Origin: an uncultured bacterium
GTDB lineage: Bacteria > Patescibacteriota > Doudnabacteria > UBA920
DNA length: 64,000 nt
Reading direction: 5' to 3'
NCBI GenBank assembly: GCA_963749445.1
Contig: CAVVMJ010000010.1
Coordinates: forward strand, 43,913-107,912
Below the pieces are notes generated by a model, which ran no database searches, was not told the origin of the DNA, and saw only the letters and a list, made by a program, of their open reading frames with translations. Positions 20,787 through 30,621 of the stretch are shown here, piece by piece. A program made the translations under genes and the position numbers. The stretch's first letter is position 1. Every line of letters starts with the position of its first letter.

Positions 20787-20815
20787 ATATTACTCTCTCT
20801 CTCTGTTTTTGTCAA
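20787..20815 (-). promoter_or_regulatory. sigma70-type promoter of the candidate ncRNA
   Basis: TTGACA-17 nt-TAATAT. Confidence 0.75.
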
Positions 20816-20951
20816 CATTTTTGCCATTTTTACAATTTTGTTGTAAAATACTTTTATCATTGATTTTTAACAGCCCTACCGACTGTTTATCGGACGAGGG
20901 CTATCCTCAGAGGCCGATAAATCGGCAAACTACACTGGGGTGAAAGCAAAT

Positions 20952-22815
20952 ATGCAACGAACACTATCTTTGGAAACGCCCGAAAAAATCGGGCAAGACG
21001 TCTCGGTTGAGGGCTGGGTAAATTCCCGGCGCGACCACGGGGGCGTTATTTTTATTGATTTGCGCGACCACACTGGTTTGGTCCAGCTCGCGATTCATCC
21101 TGATGAAAAAGAGGCTTTCGCGGCCGCTGATAAATGCCGCGACGAGTTTGTAATAAAAGCCGAGGGCAAAGTTATTGAACGGTCGCCCGAAACCAAAAAC
21201 GAAAACCTGCCCACAGGCGGCGTGGAAATTTTAACTTCATCTATCGTCATCCTTAATACTTCCAAACCCCTGCCGTTTCAGGTGGCGCACGGCCATGGTG
21301 AAGAACAGGAAATTAACGAGGATTTGCGATTAAAATATCGGTTCCTTGATCTGCGCCGCGAAAAAATGCAAGCAATGCTCGTCAAACGGCACAAAATGAT
21401 TAAGTTTATCCGCGACTGGATGGACGAACATCAATTTATAGAAATCACCACGCCGATTCTGACTTCCAGCAGCCCCGAAGGCGCGCGCGACTTTTTAGTG
21501 CCGTCGCGCCTGCACCCCGGAAAATTTTACGCTCTGCCGCAATCGCCTCAGCAATACAAACAGCTGCTGATGACCGGCGGCGTGCCGCGCTATTTCCAAA
21601 TCGCGCCATGTATGCGAGACGAAGACCCGCGTGCGGACAGAAGCCCGGGCGAACACTACCAGCTGGACTTGGAAATCGGTTTTGCCCAGGAACCGGAAGA
21701 TGTGTTTTCGGTGATGGAGCCGTTTTTTGTGGAGTTGGCCGAAAAATTCGCGGACAAAAAAATCTGGAAAAAACCTTTCCCGCGCATTTCCTACGAAGAC
21801 GCCATGAATTTATACGGCTCGGATAAACCGGATTTGCGTTTTGGAATGGCAATGGTGGATTTAACGGAAGATTTACGCAATACAAAATTTAGCGTTTTCG
21901 GCAACGCCATAAAAAACGGCGGGGTGGTCAAGGCCATTTGTTGCGACGACGGCGCAAAATTAACCCGCTCGCAAATTGACGAACTTACGGAAATGGTCAA
22001 AAAAGAAGGCGCCGGCGGGCTGGCGTATATTGTTGTTGATAGCAAATCCGATAGTGGCGTAGAGGCACGCCGCGGCGTGCCTGATCAAGACGGCATGCCT
22101 CGGCATGCCGCTACAGGGACAGAAAACCTCCGCTCCCCCATCCTTAAATTTTTATCATCTGACGAAATTTCCGCCATCCTCACCAAAACCAAGGCCGAGC
22201 CCGGTGACATTATTTTCTTTGGCGCGGACCAGTTGCCGATTGTGAACAAAGTCCTCGGGAAGCTCCGCAGTAAACTTGGCGACGTCTTCGGGTTAAAAGA
22301 TCGAAAACCTAATAGCCTGGGCCTGGATTTACAACTTCCCGATGTATGAATACAATGAGCAGGAAAAGCGCCTGGACTTCGGCCACAATCCGTTTTCCAT
22401 GCCCAAAGGCGGGCTGGAAGCATTAAACACGCAAGATCCGCTCAAAATCATTGCCCAGCAATATGACATTGTGGCCAACGGCCTGGAAATTTGCTCCGGC
22501 GCCATCCGCAATTACCATCCCGAAACTATGTATAAGGCTTTTGAAATTGTTGGTTACGACAAAAAAACTGTGGACGAAAAATTCGGCGGCATGATCCGCG
22601 CCTTTGAATTTGGCGCGCCGCCGCACGGCGGCATGGCCCCGGGCATTGATAGGATAATGATGCTTTTGGAAAATGAACCCAACATCCGCGAAATTATCGC
22701 CTTCCCCAAAAACGGCTCAGCCGAAGACGTCATGATGGGCGCCCCCGGCACCGTGGAAGAAAAACAGTTAAAAGAATTGCATATAAAACTGGACCTTCCA
22801 AAACCTAAAAAATAG
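20952..22815 (+). CDS. aspS: aspartate--tRNA ligase; 1-nt frameshift near 22302; in-frame REP insertion
   Basis: [37 protein letters not shown]; ORFs 20940-22349 and 22342-22815 join on removing one base. Confidence 0.95.
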
Positions 22816-22817
22816 CA

Positions 22818-22921
22818 GTCCATCCCGGAATTTTTTGCGCTGATGGCTATCACAGGCCGCAAAAAATATCCGGGATCCAGAATCGAGCAAAAATCTGGAT
22901 TCCCGCTTCCGTGGGAATGGC
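22818..22921. repeat. CATCCCG..GGATCC-type palindromic element
   Basis: shares GAATTTTTTG..CAAAAAATATCCGGGATCCA with copies at 43996-44108 and (inverted) 55096-55217. Confidence 0.8.
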
Positions 22922-22971
22922 AAAGAGTAATTCACCGATTTATCGGTCATAAAAAATTAAATGCAAAAAAA

Positions 22972-23340
22972 ATGAACAATATAACTCTAAATTTAATCAT
23001 AATATTGGTACCCTTGCTCATCCTTTTGGTACTTTATTATGCTTTTAAGCGTACACAAGGACATTCAGTCCAAGAAAGTTCTTCCAGAACTTTTAACAAA
23101 TTGCCTCACACTTTTAAGGCTGGCGTTTCATTAGGGCTAAAAATTACCATTTTGGTTTTTGTTATAATTGAAATTGTTATGGTAATATCAACCATCGTTA
23201 GCCAGGCAAAAGATCCGGCTCCAATAATAATGGGGCCAATATTTACTTTTTTAATCGTAAGTCCGTTCATACTGGTCTTTATTCTTGGCATAGGAATGAT
23301 AGGTCATTTTATAGGAAAATTTAATCGAAAAAATAATTAA
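22972..23340 (+). CDS. AT-rich membrane hypothetical protein
   Basis: three hydrophobic helices; start placed after the repeat. Confidence 0.65.
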   Translation: MNNITLNLIIILVPLLILLVLYYAFKRTQGHSVQESSSRTFNKLPHTFKAGVSLGLKITILVFVIIEIVMVISTIVSQAKDPAPIIMGPIFTFLIVSPFILVFILGIGMIGHFIGKFNRKNN

Positions 23341-23352
23341 TTTTTCTTACAA

Positions 23353-23868
23353 ATGAAAAAAACAATCAAATCAAAAAAATCAATCAATCAAAAAATCAAA
23401 AAACTTGAAACCAAAGTTACTAAACTTCTTGATAAGGCAAAAATCAAATACAAAACTCTGGAGCACAAAGTTGTTTTTACTGCTCACGATGTCGGCGCGA
23501 CAACCAAAAAGAAACTTAGCGAAATCGCCAAGGTGGTTTTGGTAAAGGCGGACAAAAATTTTGTGCTCATTGTTTTGCCCGCAGGAAAATATTTGGACTT
23601 TTCCGGCATTAAAAAAGCTCTAAAGGCGAAAAAAGTTTCAATGGCTTCCGAAAAAGACATTACCAAATACTTAAAAACCAAAGTCGGTCTTCTCCACCCC
23701 TTCGGCTCCGAATATAATCTAAAAACTCTGCTCGATAAAGGAATGTCCAGATCCAAAAAAATGATTGCTTCAGCCGGCACGTTTACGGACAGCGTGGAAG
23801 TCGCATTAAAGGATTTTGAAAAACTGGTAAAGCCGGTAAAAGGCGCGTTCTCAAAATCAAAAAAATAA
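23353..23868 (+). CDS. YbaK/ProX-family aminoacyl-tRNA deacylase
   Basis: H..VFTA, IAKVVLVK, VGLLHPFG. Confidence 0.85.
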   Translation: MKKTIKSKKSINQKIKKLETKVTKLLDKAKIKYKTLEHKVVFTAHDVGATTKKKLSEIAKVVLVKADKNFVLIVLPAGKYLDFSGIKKALKAKKVSMASEKDITKYLKTKVGLLHPFGSEYNLKTLLDKGMSRSKKMIASAGTFTDSVEVALKDFEKLVKPVKGAFSKSKK

Positions 23869-23877
23869 GCATTACGG

Positions 23878-23990
23878 CCTTCTCCCCTTTTGAGGGGAGA
23901 TGTCGCGAATGCAGCTGAGCGACAGAGAGGTTGCAATCGCACAAGGATACAACCTCTCCCCTGCCCCTCTCCTCAAAAGGAGAGGGGGCT
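23878..23990. repeat. CTCCCC/GGGGAG multi-hairpin element
   Basis: CTCCCCTTTTGAGGGGAG, TGTCGC..GCGACA, AGAGGTTG..CAACCTCT, CCCTCTCC..GGAGAGGG. Confidence 0.8.
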
Positions 23991-24003
23991 CCGCGAAATC
24001 ACC

Positions 24004-24735
24004 ATGCTCCAAACCAAACTCCGACAATTTGAAGGGCCGCTGGATCTGCTGCTGTCCCTGATTGAACAGCGGCAGCTGAACATTACCGAAATCGCGCTGG
24101 CCGAGGTGACCGAACAATTTTTGCAGCACATTAAACAGCTGGAAAAAATTGACCCGACCGTGCTGGCCGATTATCTGGCCATTGCCGCCAAGCTTTTGGT
24201 CATTAAATCCAAGGCCATTTTGCCGACTTTGGAAATTGAGGAAGAGGAAGAGGACGCCGGCTTTGATTTGGAAAGCCGATTGCTGCTTTACAAACAGTTT
24301 AAAGAAGCCGCCAAGTACTTAAAGCATCTGGATAACAAACGAAAACAAAGCTTCACCCGCTCTTTACAATTTGAACAGCGGATGAATTTTTATCCCGACC
24401 CCAATGTCAGCCCGGAGACTTTGCATAACTCCATCCTCAGGGTGCTGAACGCCTTAAAAGAACTGGATGCCCTGCCCAAAGCCCAAATCAAAGAAGCCAT
24501 TTCCATCCAGGAAAAAATTAACCAGTTGCGCAATTTCCTGGAATCGCAGGTGGAAACCAAATTAAGCGATCTGTTAAAATCCGCCAAAAACAAGTCGGAA
24601 GTGATAATTACTTTTTTGGCGCTGCTGGAACTCATTAAGCAAAAAATCCTCACCGTCAACCAGGAAGCGATGTTCGCAGATATTGCCATAAAAAAATACC
24701 ATCCCGACACAAGCGGAATGCCATCGGAAAATTAA
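24004..24735 (+). CDS. scpA: segregation/condensation protein A
   Basis: FEGPLDLLLSLI, FLALLEL; real start ATG 24004. Confidence 0.95.
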   Translation: MLQTKLRQFEGPLDLLLSLIEQRQLNITEIALAEVTEQFLQHIKQLEKIDPTVLADYLAIAAKLLVIKSKAILPTLEIEEEEEDAGFDLESRLLLYKQFKEAAKYLKHLDNKRKQSFTRSLQFEQRMNFYPDPNVSPETLHNSILRVLNALKELDALPKAQIKEAISIQEKINQLRNFLESQVETKLSDLLKSAKNKSEVIITFLALLELIKQKILTVNQEAMFADIAIKKYHPDTSGMPSEN

Positions 24736-24736
24736 G

Positions 24737-24836
24737 TTGATGGACATCTTCCTGCGGCTAAATAAATCAGCCGATGTTTATTGATTAAAGGATATTTTAT
24801 CGCTAACAGCACCACAACCGCGAAGATGCCCATCAA
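24737..24836. repeat. ~99-bp element with TTGATGGGCATCTT-like terminal inverted repeats
   Basis: further copies at 25714-25812, 27871-27969, 34562-34660. Confidence 0.85.
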
Positions 24837-24857
24837 GCTCAAAAGTAAAATCGCTAT

Positions 24858-25094
24858 ATGAACCGCACCCTAATCGGCCTTTTATTTCTGCTGGCCGGAG
24901 TCGCTTACGGCTCCATGGCCATTGATTCTTTTTACAACCACACTTTGGGCTGGTTGGTGGCAAACGACTGGATTAGCCAACAAACGATAAAAAAAGTCCC
25001 CAAAACCGCGCTCGGCCGCAAACCAACAATTTTGCTATACAGCTTATCTTTAATTATTATCGGGATATTTATTCTATGGAACAGGAACAACTAG
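24858..25094 (+). CDS. small membrane protein
   Basis: 78 aa, two TM helices, overlaps the scpB start. Confidence 0.65.
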   Translation: MNRTLIGLLFLLAGVAYGSMAIDSFYNHTLGWLVANDWISQQTIKKVPKTALGRKPTILLYSLSLIIIGIFILWNRNN

Positions 25095-25699
25095 CCAACG
25101 TTTTAGAAAGCCTGCTGTTTATTTCCCACAAGCCGCAAAGGGCGAAAGATTTGGCGAAATTTTTGGAAGTTGATGAGCCGGCGGTACAAGCGGCTTTGGA
25201 CAAACTGGCGCGCGAAAAAAAAGACCGCGGCGTGGTAATTTTGGAAAACAACGGGGAGTACCAAATGGCCACCGCGCCTTTAAATTCCGCGCAGGTCAAA
25301 AACTTTTTGAATCTGGAGCTGCGGGAAAAACTCACGGAAGCCACCGTGGAAGTTTTGGCCATTGTCGCCTACCGCCAGCCGATTTCCAAAGCCGAACTTG
25401 AGGCCATCCGCGGCGTCAATTCCCAGTACAGCCTGCGCGCGCTGTTGATGCGCGGGCTGGTGGAAAAAATTCCCAATCCCCGCGACGCCCGAAGTTTCCT
25501 ATACCAAACCACCACGGAATTTCTCCAGCATTTAGGGATGCTTTCTGTTAAAGATTTGCCGGAATTTGACAAACTAGTTAGCCAAATCAAACTGCCCGAA
25601 ACCCCGGCAATTCAAGAAGCTTTGCGGGAGCCGGGTACTCCCGAAGAAACGGCGCCGCCCGGCAATATCAACCAACCAGATGAAAAACCTCCCGGCTAA
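25076..25699 (+). CDS. scpB: segregation/condensation protein B
   Basis: LESLLF, EVLAIVAYRQPISKAELEAIRGVNS, TTTEFL. Confidence 0.95.
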   Translation: MEQEQLANVLESLLFISHKPQRAKDLAKFLEVDEPAVQAALDKLAREKKDRGVVILENNGEYQMATAPLNSAQVKNFLNLELREKLTEATVEVLAIVAYRQPISKAELEAIRGVNSQYSLRALLMRGLVEKIPNPRDARSFLYQTTTEFLQHLGMLSVKDLPEFDKLVSQIKLPETPAIQEALREPGTPEETAPPGNINQPDEKPPG

Positions 25700-25829
25700 A
25701 ACGGGAGGTTTTGTTGATGGGCATCTTCTCGCTAACAATGCCGCTTGCGATAGTTATCAGGCTGTCGATAAACAATCGCCGACATTAAAACAATCACAAA
25801 GATGCCCATCAAGCAACGGCCGGAAACGC

Positions 25830-25958
25830 TTATCTAGGCAACTGGTTATAAGAAGCCTGCGGACTGGACGGCACTTCCTGTTTGAGCTGAACTTTTTGGC
25901 AAGCGGCCGCCAAAAGCGACAGTAAAACCAAAACCAAAATCAATTTCCTTTTACCCAT
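25830..25958 (-). CDS. 42-aa putative lipoprotein
   Basis: MGKRKLILVLVLLSLLAAAC lipobox; below the ORF-track cut-off. Confidence 0.6.
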   Translation of the reverse strand: MGKRKLILVLVLLSLLAAACQKVQLKQEVPSSPQASYNQLPR

Positions 25959-25972
25959 ATTATAAATCCCTT

Positions 25973-26008
25973 GTCTAACATCATTTCCGGCCGGAAATGA
26001 TGTTAGAG
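25973..26008. repeat. orphan 36-bp GG|CC palindrome
   Basis: GTCTAACATCATTTCCGG|CCGGAAATGATGTTAGAG. Confidence 0.92.
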
Positions 26009-26012
26009 TAAA

Positions 26013-26774
26013 TTAAATCAATAGCGCCGCGCCCAAAGCTCCAGCGTTCTTTAATTGCGAAACCAAAATTTCAGTCTCGGCATTTTTGTCGAAAAGATAC
26101 TGACGCATCTCTAACTTCGCCGCGGGCAAATACTTTTTGCTTTGGTCGCTGCCGAATCCGCCCCCGATAATGACGGCATCGGCCGCGAAAATATTTATAA
26201 AAGACGCCAGTGCTTTGCCGACCACTCTGCCTACCTGCTTATAATCTTTCTTGTCCCGAAACCGCTTGAAAGCCGCTTCAAAAAACTCCTCGCCCAAAAC
26301 TATGTGCCCAAGCTCGGCGCCAAAATTGTTTTCGCCCCGATACAGCCGCCTGTTAATCACAATCCCGCCGCCGATGCCGGTACCCAAAGTCAAAGCCAAA
26401 AAATTTTTGAATTTTCTCCCCTGCCCCAACATCAGTTCCGCCCGGGCAAAACAGTTGGCGTCATTGTCAACCCTGACCCTTTTTATGCCGTTTAATTTAA
26501 GCAGCTTGGCTAAATTTAAATCACGGATAAATTTTATATTCGGGGAATGCCTGACCATGCCATTTTTCTGATCTACCAATCCGGCCATGCCCGCGCCGAG
26601 GCCGGAAATTTTTCGCTTTGCTGACAAAAAATCCGCGAGCTTGATGATGTTCCGCTCAAACTCAAATAAATTTTTCGGGGTCACAACTGTCAGCTCGTCA
26701 ATGATTTTTTTACCGTCATAAACAATGCCGGTGATTTTAGTGCCGCCGATGTCAATTCCTATAATATTTTTCAT
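26013..26774 (-). CDS. ROK family sugar kinase
   Basis: IGIDIGGTK, DNDANC, LGTGIGGG, ELGH. Confidence 0.92.
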   Translation of the reverse strand: MKNIIGIDIGGTKITGIVYDGKKIIDELTVVTPKNLFEFERNIIKLADFLSAKRKISGLGAGMAGLVDQKNGMVRHSPNIKFIRDLNLAKLLKLNGIKRVRVDNDANCFARAELMLGQGRKFKNFLALTLGTGIGGGIVINRRLYRGENNFGAELGHIVLGEEFFEAAFKRFRDKKDYKQVGRVVGKALASFINIFAADAVIIGGGFGSDQSKKYLPAAKLEMRQYLFDKNAETEILVSQLKNAGALGAALLI

Positions 26775-26866
26775 ACAATAGTATTTCTATTTTATTTCCA
26801 CTTATTTCTATCGTATTCCATCACAAAAAGAAATACAGTTGAAATATAGTCGATATAAAATTGAAA

Positions 26867-27862
26867 TTAATTGTTAAACAACTGTTTTGCTTTTTCCCAA
26901 AACTCCGGATGCCCGCGCTGCTTCATCCAGTACCACCACTCCACTCCCCACAAATACTGAGGTGAAAAGCCGGTGCCCCGCGCGTAACTGACAATGGTAT
27001 CAAAATGGTCCAGACTCATGGTTTTAAACTGCTGGTCAATGGGCGTATTAGGGATGCCGGCTGTGGTCCACGGCTCGGCCTCCAGTTCTATTATAGCAAT
27101 TTGTTTGCCAGGATGCAGCATTTCCACCAAACCGGCCTTAAACCTATACACAATGGGCAAAAAATAAAAGTTCGTCCAATAGCGTTTTAAGACATCGGAA
27201 AACACGTAGCGGTAAAAGGTGGTGCCAAAAATGTCGCCCCGCGCCGAGGCTGAAAACCACCAGTTCAGCTCGCCGCTGTCGGTAACAATGACGGGACGGG
27301 ACGGGTCCAGCTTTTTCACCAAGGCGATTTCCTCATCGAGCAGCGCGATATTCAAAGGCGGGCAAATCCCGAAAGTGGACAAAAACGGCTCATTCTCCAC
27401 CTGCCATGCAATGAGATTGGAATTATTTTGATAACGCCTCACCACGGTTTCCACGTAAGAAAGCTGCGCGGCTTCAAGGCCACTTTGGGAAAGATTGTTA
27501 ATCCATGACGGATCATGGCATTCCGGCCAGCGCGGCAGCCGGCGGCCCACGACCAGGACAATCTTGGCATTATGGCTAGAGGCCTGATCCATTTGAAAAT
27601 CCAAATCGTCAAAATTATACTGATCCTTCTGCGGTTCAACAGCATCCCAGTAAGCTGACAGCCGCAAATATTTGGGTTTGAGATCGTTTAATATATCCTG
27701 ATAAGCCTGCTTCCAATCCAGTCCCAGGCTTTGCGCGTAGGGAGCGCTAAAAGTGACTCCGTATTCAATTTTTTGGCTCTTGGGCGCGAACAAAGACACA
27801 AACCACACCAATACAAGCGCGATGATGATTAGGGATATTAGCCATTTGAAAAATCTTTTCAT
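26867..27862 (-). CDS. membrane-anchored clan GH-A glycoside hydrolase
   Basis: WQVENEP acid/base motif, ELEAEPW nucleophile region, N-terminal TM. Confidence 0.8.
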   Translation of the reverse strand: MKRFFKWLISLIIIALVLVWFVSLFAPKSQKIEYGVTFSAPYAQSLGLDWKQAYQDILNDLKPKYLRLSAYWDAVEPQKDQYNFDDLDFQMDQASSHNAKIVLVVGRRLPRWPECHDPSWINNLSQSGLEAAQLSYVETVVRRYQNNSNLIAWQVENEPFLSTFGICPPLNIALLDEEIALVKKLDPSRPVIVTDSGELNWWFSASARGDIFGTTFYRYVFSDVLKRYWTNFYFLPIVYRFKAGLVEMLHPGKQIAIIELEAEPWTTAGIPNTPIDQQFKTMSLDHFDTIVSYARGTGFSPQYLWGVEWWYWMKQRGHPEFWEKAKQLFNN

Positions 27863-27974
27863 ATATACGCTCGATGGGCACTTTCTTGCTGACACTCCCG
27901 CTGTCTATAATTATCCCCCAACTGATAAACACCGGCCAGCGGCTAAATTAACAGGAAGGTGCCCATCAACTCCT

Positions 27975-28864
27975 TTATTGGTTCCCCAAAAACAAAACCA
28001 CGGTGCCTAAAAAAATCAAGGCAATTGCGGCGAGCTTTAATTTAACGGCGTGACGGTCCGTGTCTTCATCCAAAATATGCCGGAATTTGTAGCTTAAAAT
28101 TAAAGCGAAAATAAATAAAAAAGCGTAGCGGAAGCCTGACAATCCGTCCACTATGGGAACTTTGCCACGCGCCAAAAAATAGCTCAAAAAAATAAAATTC
28201 AATCCGCCGAGCGCCTGTTTAAAGACAAACAAAACGCCGGTATGGGCTTTTTTTCAACGTGTTCGGTAACCAGCGCGGCGCGGCGGAATTTTGGAATAAC
28301 CAATAAAATTATCAGGACGCCGGCCGCGCCCAAGCGGTTCCACATTAAATTATTTAAGCTTGACCCAACCTGCGCCCCGTACTGCCACAAAAAATTATAA
28401 GCGCTGTATAAAAACGCGGAAAGCAGCGCCAGGCCGAGAATCTTTTGGTAATCTTTACCGGAATGATAGCCAATCAATAGCGCCCCCGGTATTAGCAGCG
28501 CCATGGCCCCCAACTCCGTGGTTGTCAATGCGCTGCGCCCCGTGGCAAAAGATAACAGCACGTCAAATACCGGTACCAAACCAAAAATCAAAGGCACCAC
28601 GCGCGACACCTCGCCGTGAGACAAAACTTTGTAATACACGTACATCACCAGCCCAAAAAACGCGCCCGACAAAAGGTTAAAAAAAATAAATTTACCCGGG
28701 AGGGGATTATAAACCCACGGCCAGATTGCCAGCAAAAGCGCGCCCGTAACCACGGTATAAAACGCGTACGACAGCGGCTGGATTTTGCGCTTGCTGATTA
28801 AAAATTTGTCGAACAAATCGACAACGGCAAAGCTGGCATAGAGGAGGATAACTTGTGCGAGCAT
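27975..28864 (-). CDS. EamA/DMT family transporter; frameshift in A7 run at 28248-28254
   Basis: GEVSRVVP, ~10 TM helices across the two joined ORFs. Confidence 0.75.
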
Positions 28865-28984
28865 AAAGGTTATTGGTTATAAGATATAGCGACCGGTCTG
28901 GTCTTAGGTATGTAGTTTTAAGTTACAAATACCTTAAAACCTTTTACTACGCTGGCCGCCACAACTTATAACATACGCCTAACT

Positions 28985-30204
28985 TTAAATCTCCAAATAA
29001 TTATTCTTGCATACTTCCGCAAACTTGACGGCGCTAAAGCGCACCCTGCGACGCAGCAAATCTTCGCGGTCAATTTCCACCAGCCCGAACCGCGGCCAAA
29101 AACCTTCTTCCCATTCAAAATTATCGGTAAGCGACCAGTACAGGTAGCCGCGCACGTCCGCATTTTTTTGGATGGCGCGGTGCACATAGAACAAATGGTC
29201 CTTAATGAATTTTTCCCGCTTTTCGTCTTTGCGATCCGCGATGCCGTTTTCCAAAATATAAATCGGCTTGCCGTAGCCTTTAATCCCAAGCAGTACGCGC
29301 TCAATGCCTTCGGGATGTATGCCCCAGCCGCGGTCGGTTTCGTTATGCTGGCTGTGGCTGTGCTTGCGCAGGCCGAACAGGCCGAGGTGGTGGTGGAAAT
29401 AATAATTCACGCCAATGTAATCGCACGTCTTGATGGTGCGGCGTAAAATATAATCGTTAACTACATAATCCGCCAAGCCCGCCGCCAAGCCGCCCAAAAA
29501 TCCGTAAGGCTGCAAGTCAGACAAATTAAACGCCAAACTTACCGGCTGACGCAGATGCTGCTGGATGTATTCGGCCAATAAATTGTGGGACCTGATTAAA
29601 TTATCCACCACTCTCCAAGCCGTGCGGAAACTTTTAACCTGCGGCGGATGCACGCCCAGCCAATAACTTTGTCCAGCGTACAGGCCAGGCTCGTTAATTG
29701 TCACCCAAAAATCCACGTACTGGCTCAACCGCCTGGCGGTATGCCGCGCATAGTGCAAAAAATCGCTGATGTTTTCTTTTTTGGTAAATCCCCCTTTTTC
29801 ATAAACCACACCGGGCTGGTATAATGGTGCAAAGTCAAAAATACTTTCAGCCCGTGATATTTGGCGGACTGCAAAATTTTTTCGTAATGGTCCAAAGCCT
29901 TTTCGTCAAACACGCCTTCTTTGGGCTCTATGCGCGACCATTCCACGCCAAACCGCGTGGCGTTTTGGTTAAGATGCTCAGCCAAAGCGAAATCTTCATC
30001 GTACCGGTTATAAAAATCGCAGGCAATACCACTCTGGAATTCGGCCGGATTTTTACCCGCTTTCCTGAGCGCGTCTTCCCGCCGCGGCGACCGTTCCCAA
30101 ACCCACCAATCCGCGTTGCTGTTACCGCCCTCGGTCTGGTAAGCGCCGCTGGCCGCCCCCCACAAAAAATCTTTGGGAAAGATAAATTTTTGTATCTGTT
30201 TCAT
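28985..30204 (-). CDS. glycoside hydrolase family 1; frameshift at ~29790-29799
   Basis: FPKDFLWGAASGAYQTEG, TINEP, ILENG, DNFEW..G..PRFGL. Confidence 0.92.
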
Positions 30205-30403
30205 TGCCAAAATTATTTTTCGACCTCGTGGAGAAGATAATTTTGTCCCCGCGCAATCGAAAAGTTTAGTGCTTTCATTATGCCACAGTTGATAAAAAAA
30301 TCAAAATCTGGTAAGATTGGTAGGACTTATAGGACAAATAAGGCTGATAAGCCACATGTGCTTGCAATCTTAAATCCAAAATCATAAATCTAAAATTATT
30401 CAT

Positions 30404-30478
30404 GGCGCTATCGTCTAATGGTCAGGACGAATGGTTCTCAGCCATTAAATCAGGGTTCGATTCCCTGTAGCGCTACCA
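30404..30478 (+). tRNA. tRNA-Glu(CTC)
   Basis: cloverleaf, anticodon arm AATGG-TTCTCAG-CCATT, GGTTCGATTCC, encoded CCA. Confidence 0.95.
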
Positions 30479-30545
30479 AGTTCGCAATTTTGGAAACAAC
30501 TGACCAATATCAATCGTATTATGCTGGCAATTACTAACAAAGGCT

Positions 30546-30617
30546 ATGAACATCAAGGGCAAAGTCGTAATCATCACCAGCGCATCGCAAGGGATATGTC
30601 CAAGTTGGCCAATATAA
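30546..30617 (+). pseudogene. 5' remnant of an SDR oxidoreductase
   Basis: MNIKGKVVIITSASQGI then stop, 4 nt from the IS end. Confidence 0.6.
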
Positions 30618-30621
30618 AACT

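Noticed and set aside
20149-20943. Plus-strand ORFs of 61-189 aa upstream of aspS
   Set aside because: No recognisable motifs, weak starts, and promoter/terminator polarity is on the minus strand
23890-24003. N-terminal ORF-track extensions of scpA (and similarly at 22843, 27895, 33872, 1757)
   Set aside because: They run through palindromic repeats or terminators; the conserved protein starts lie downstream
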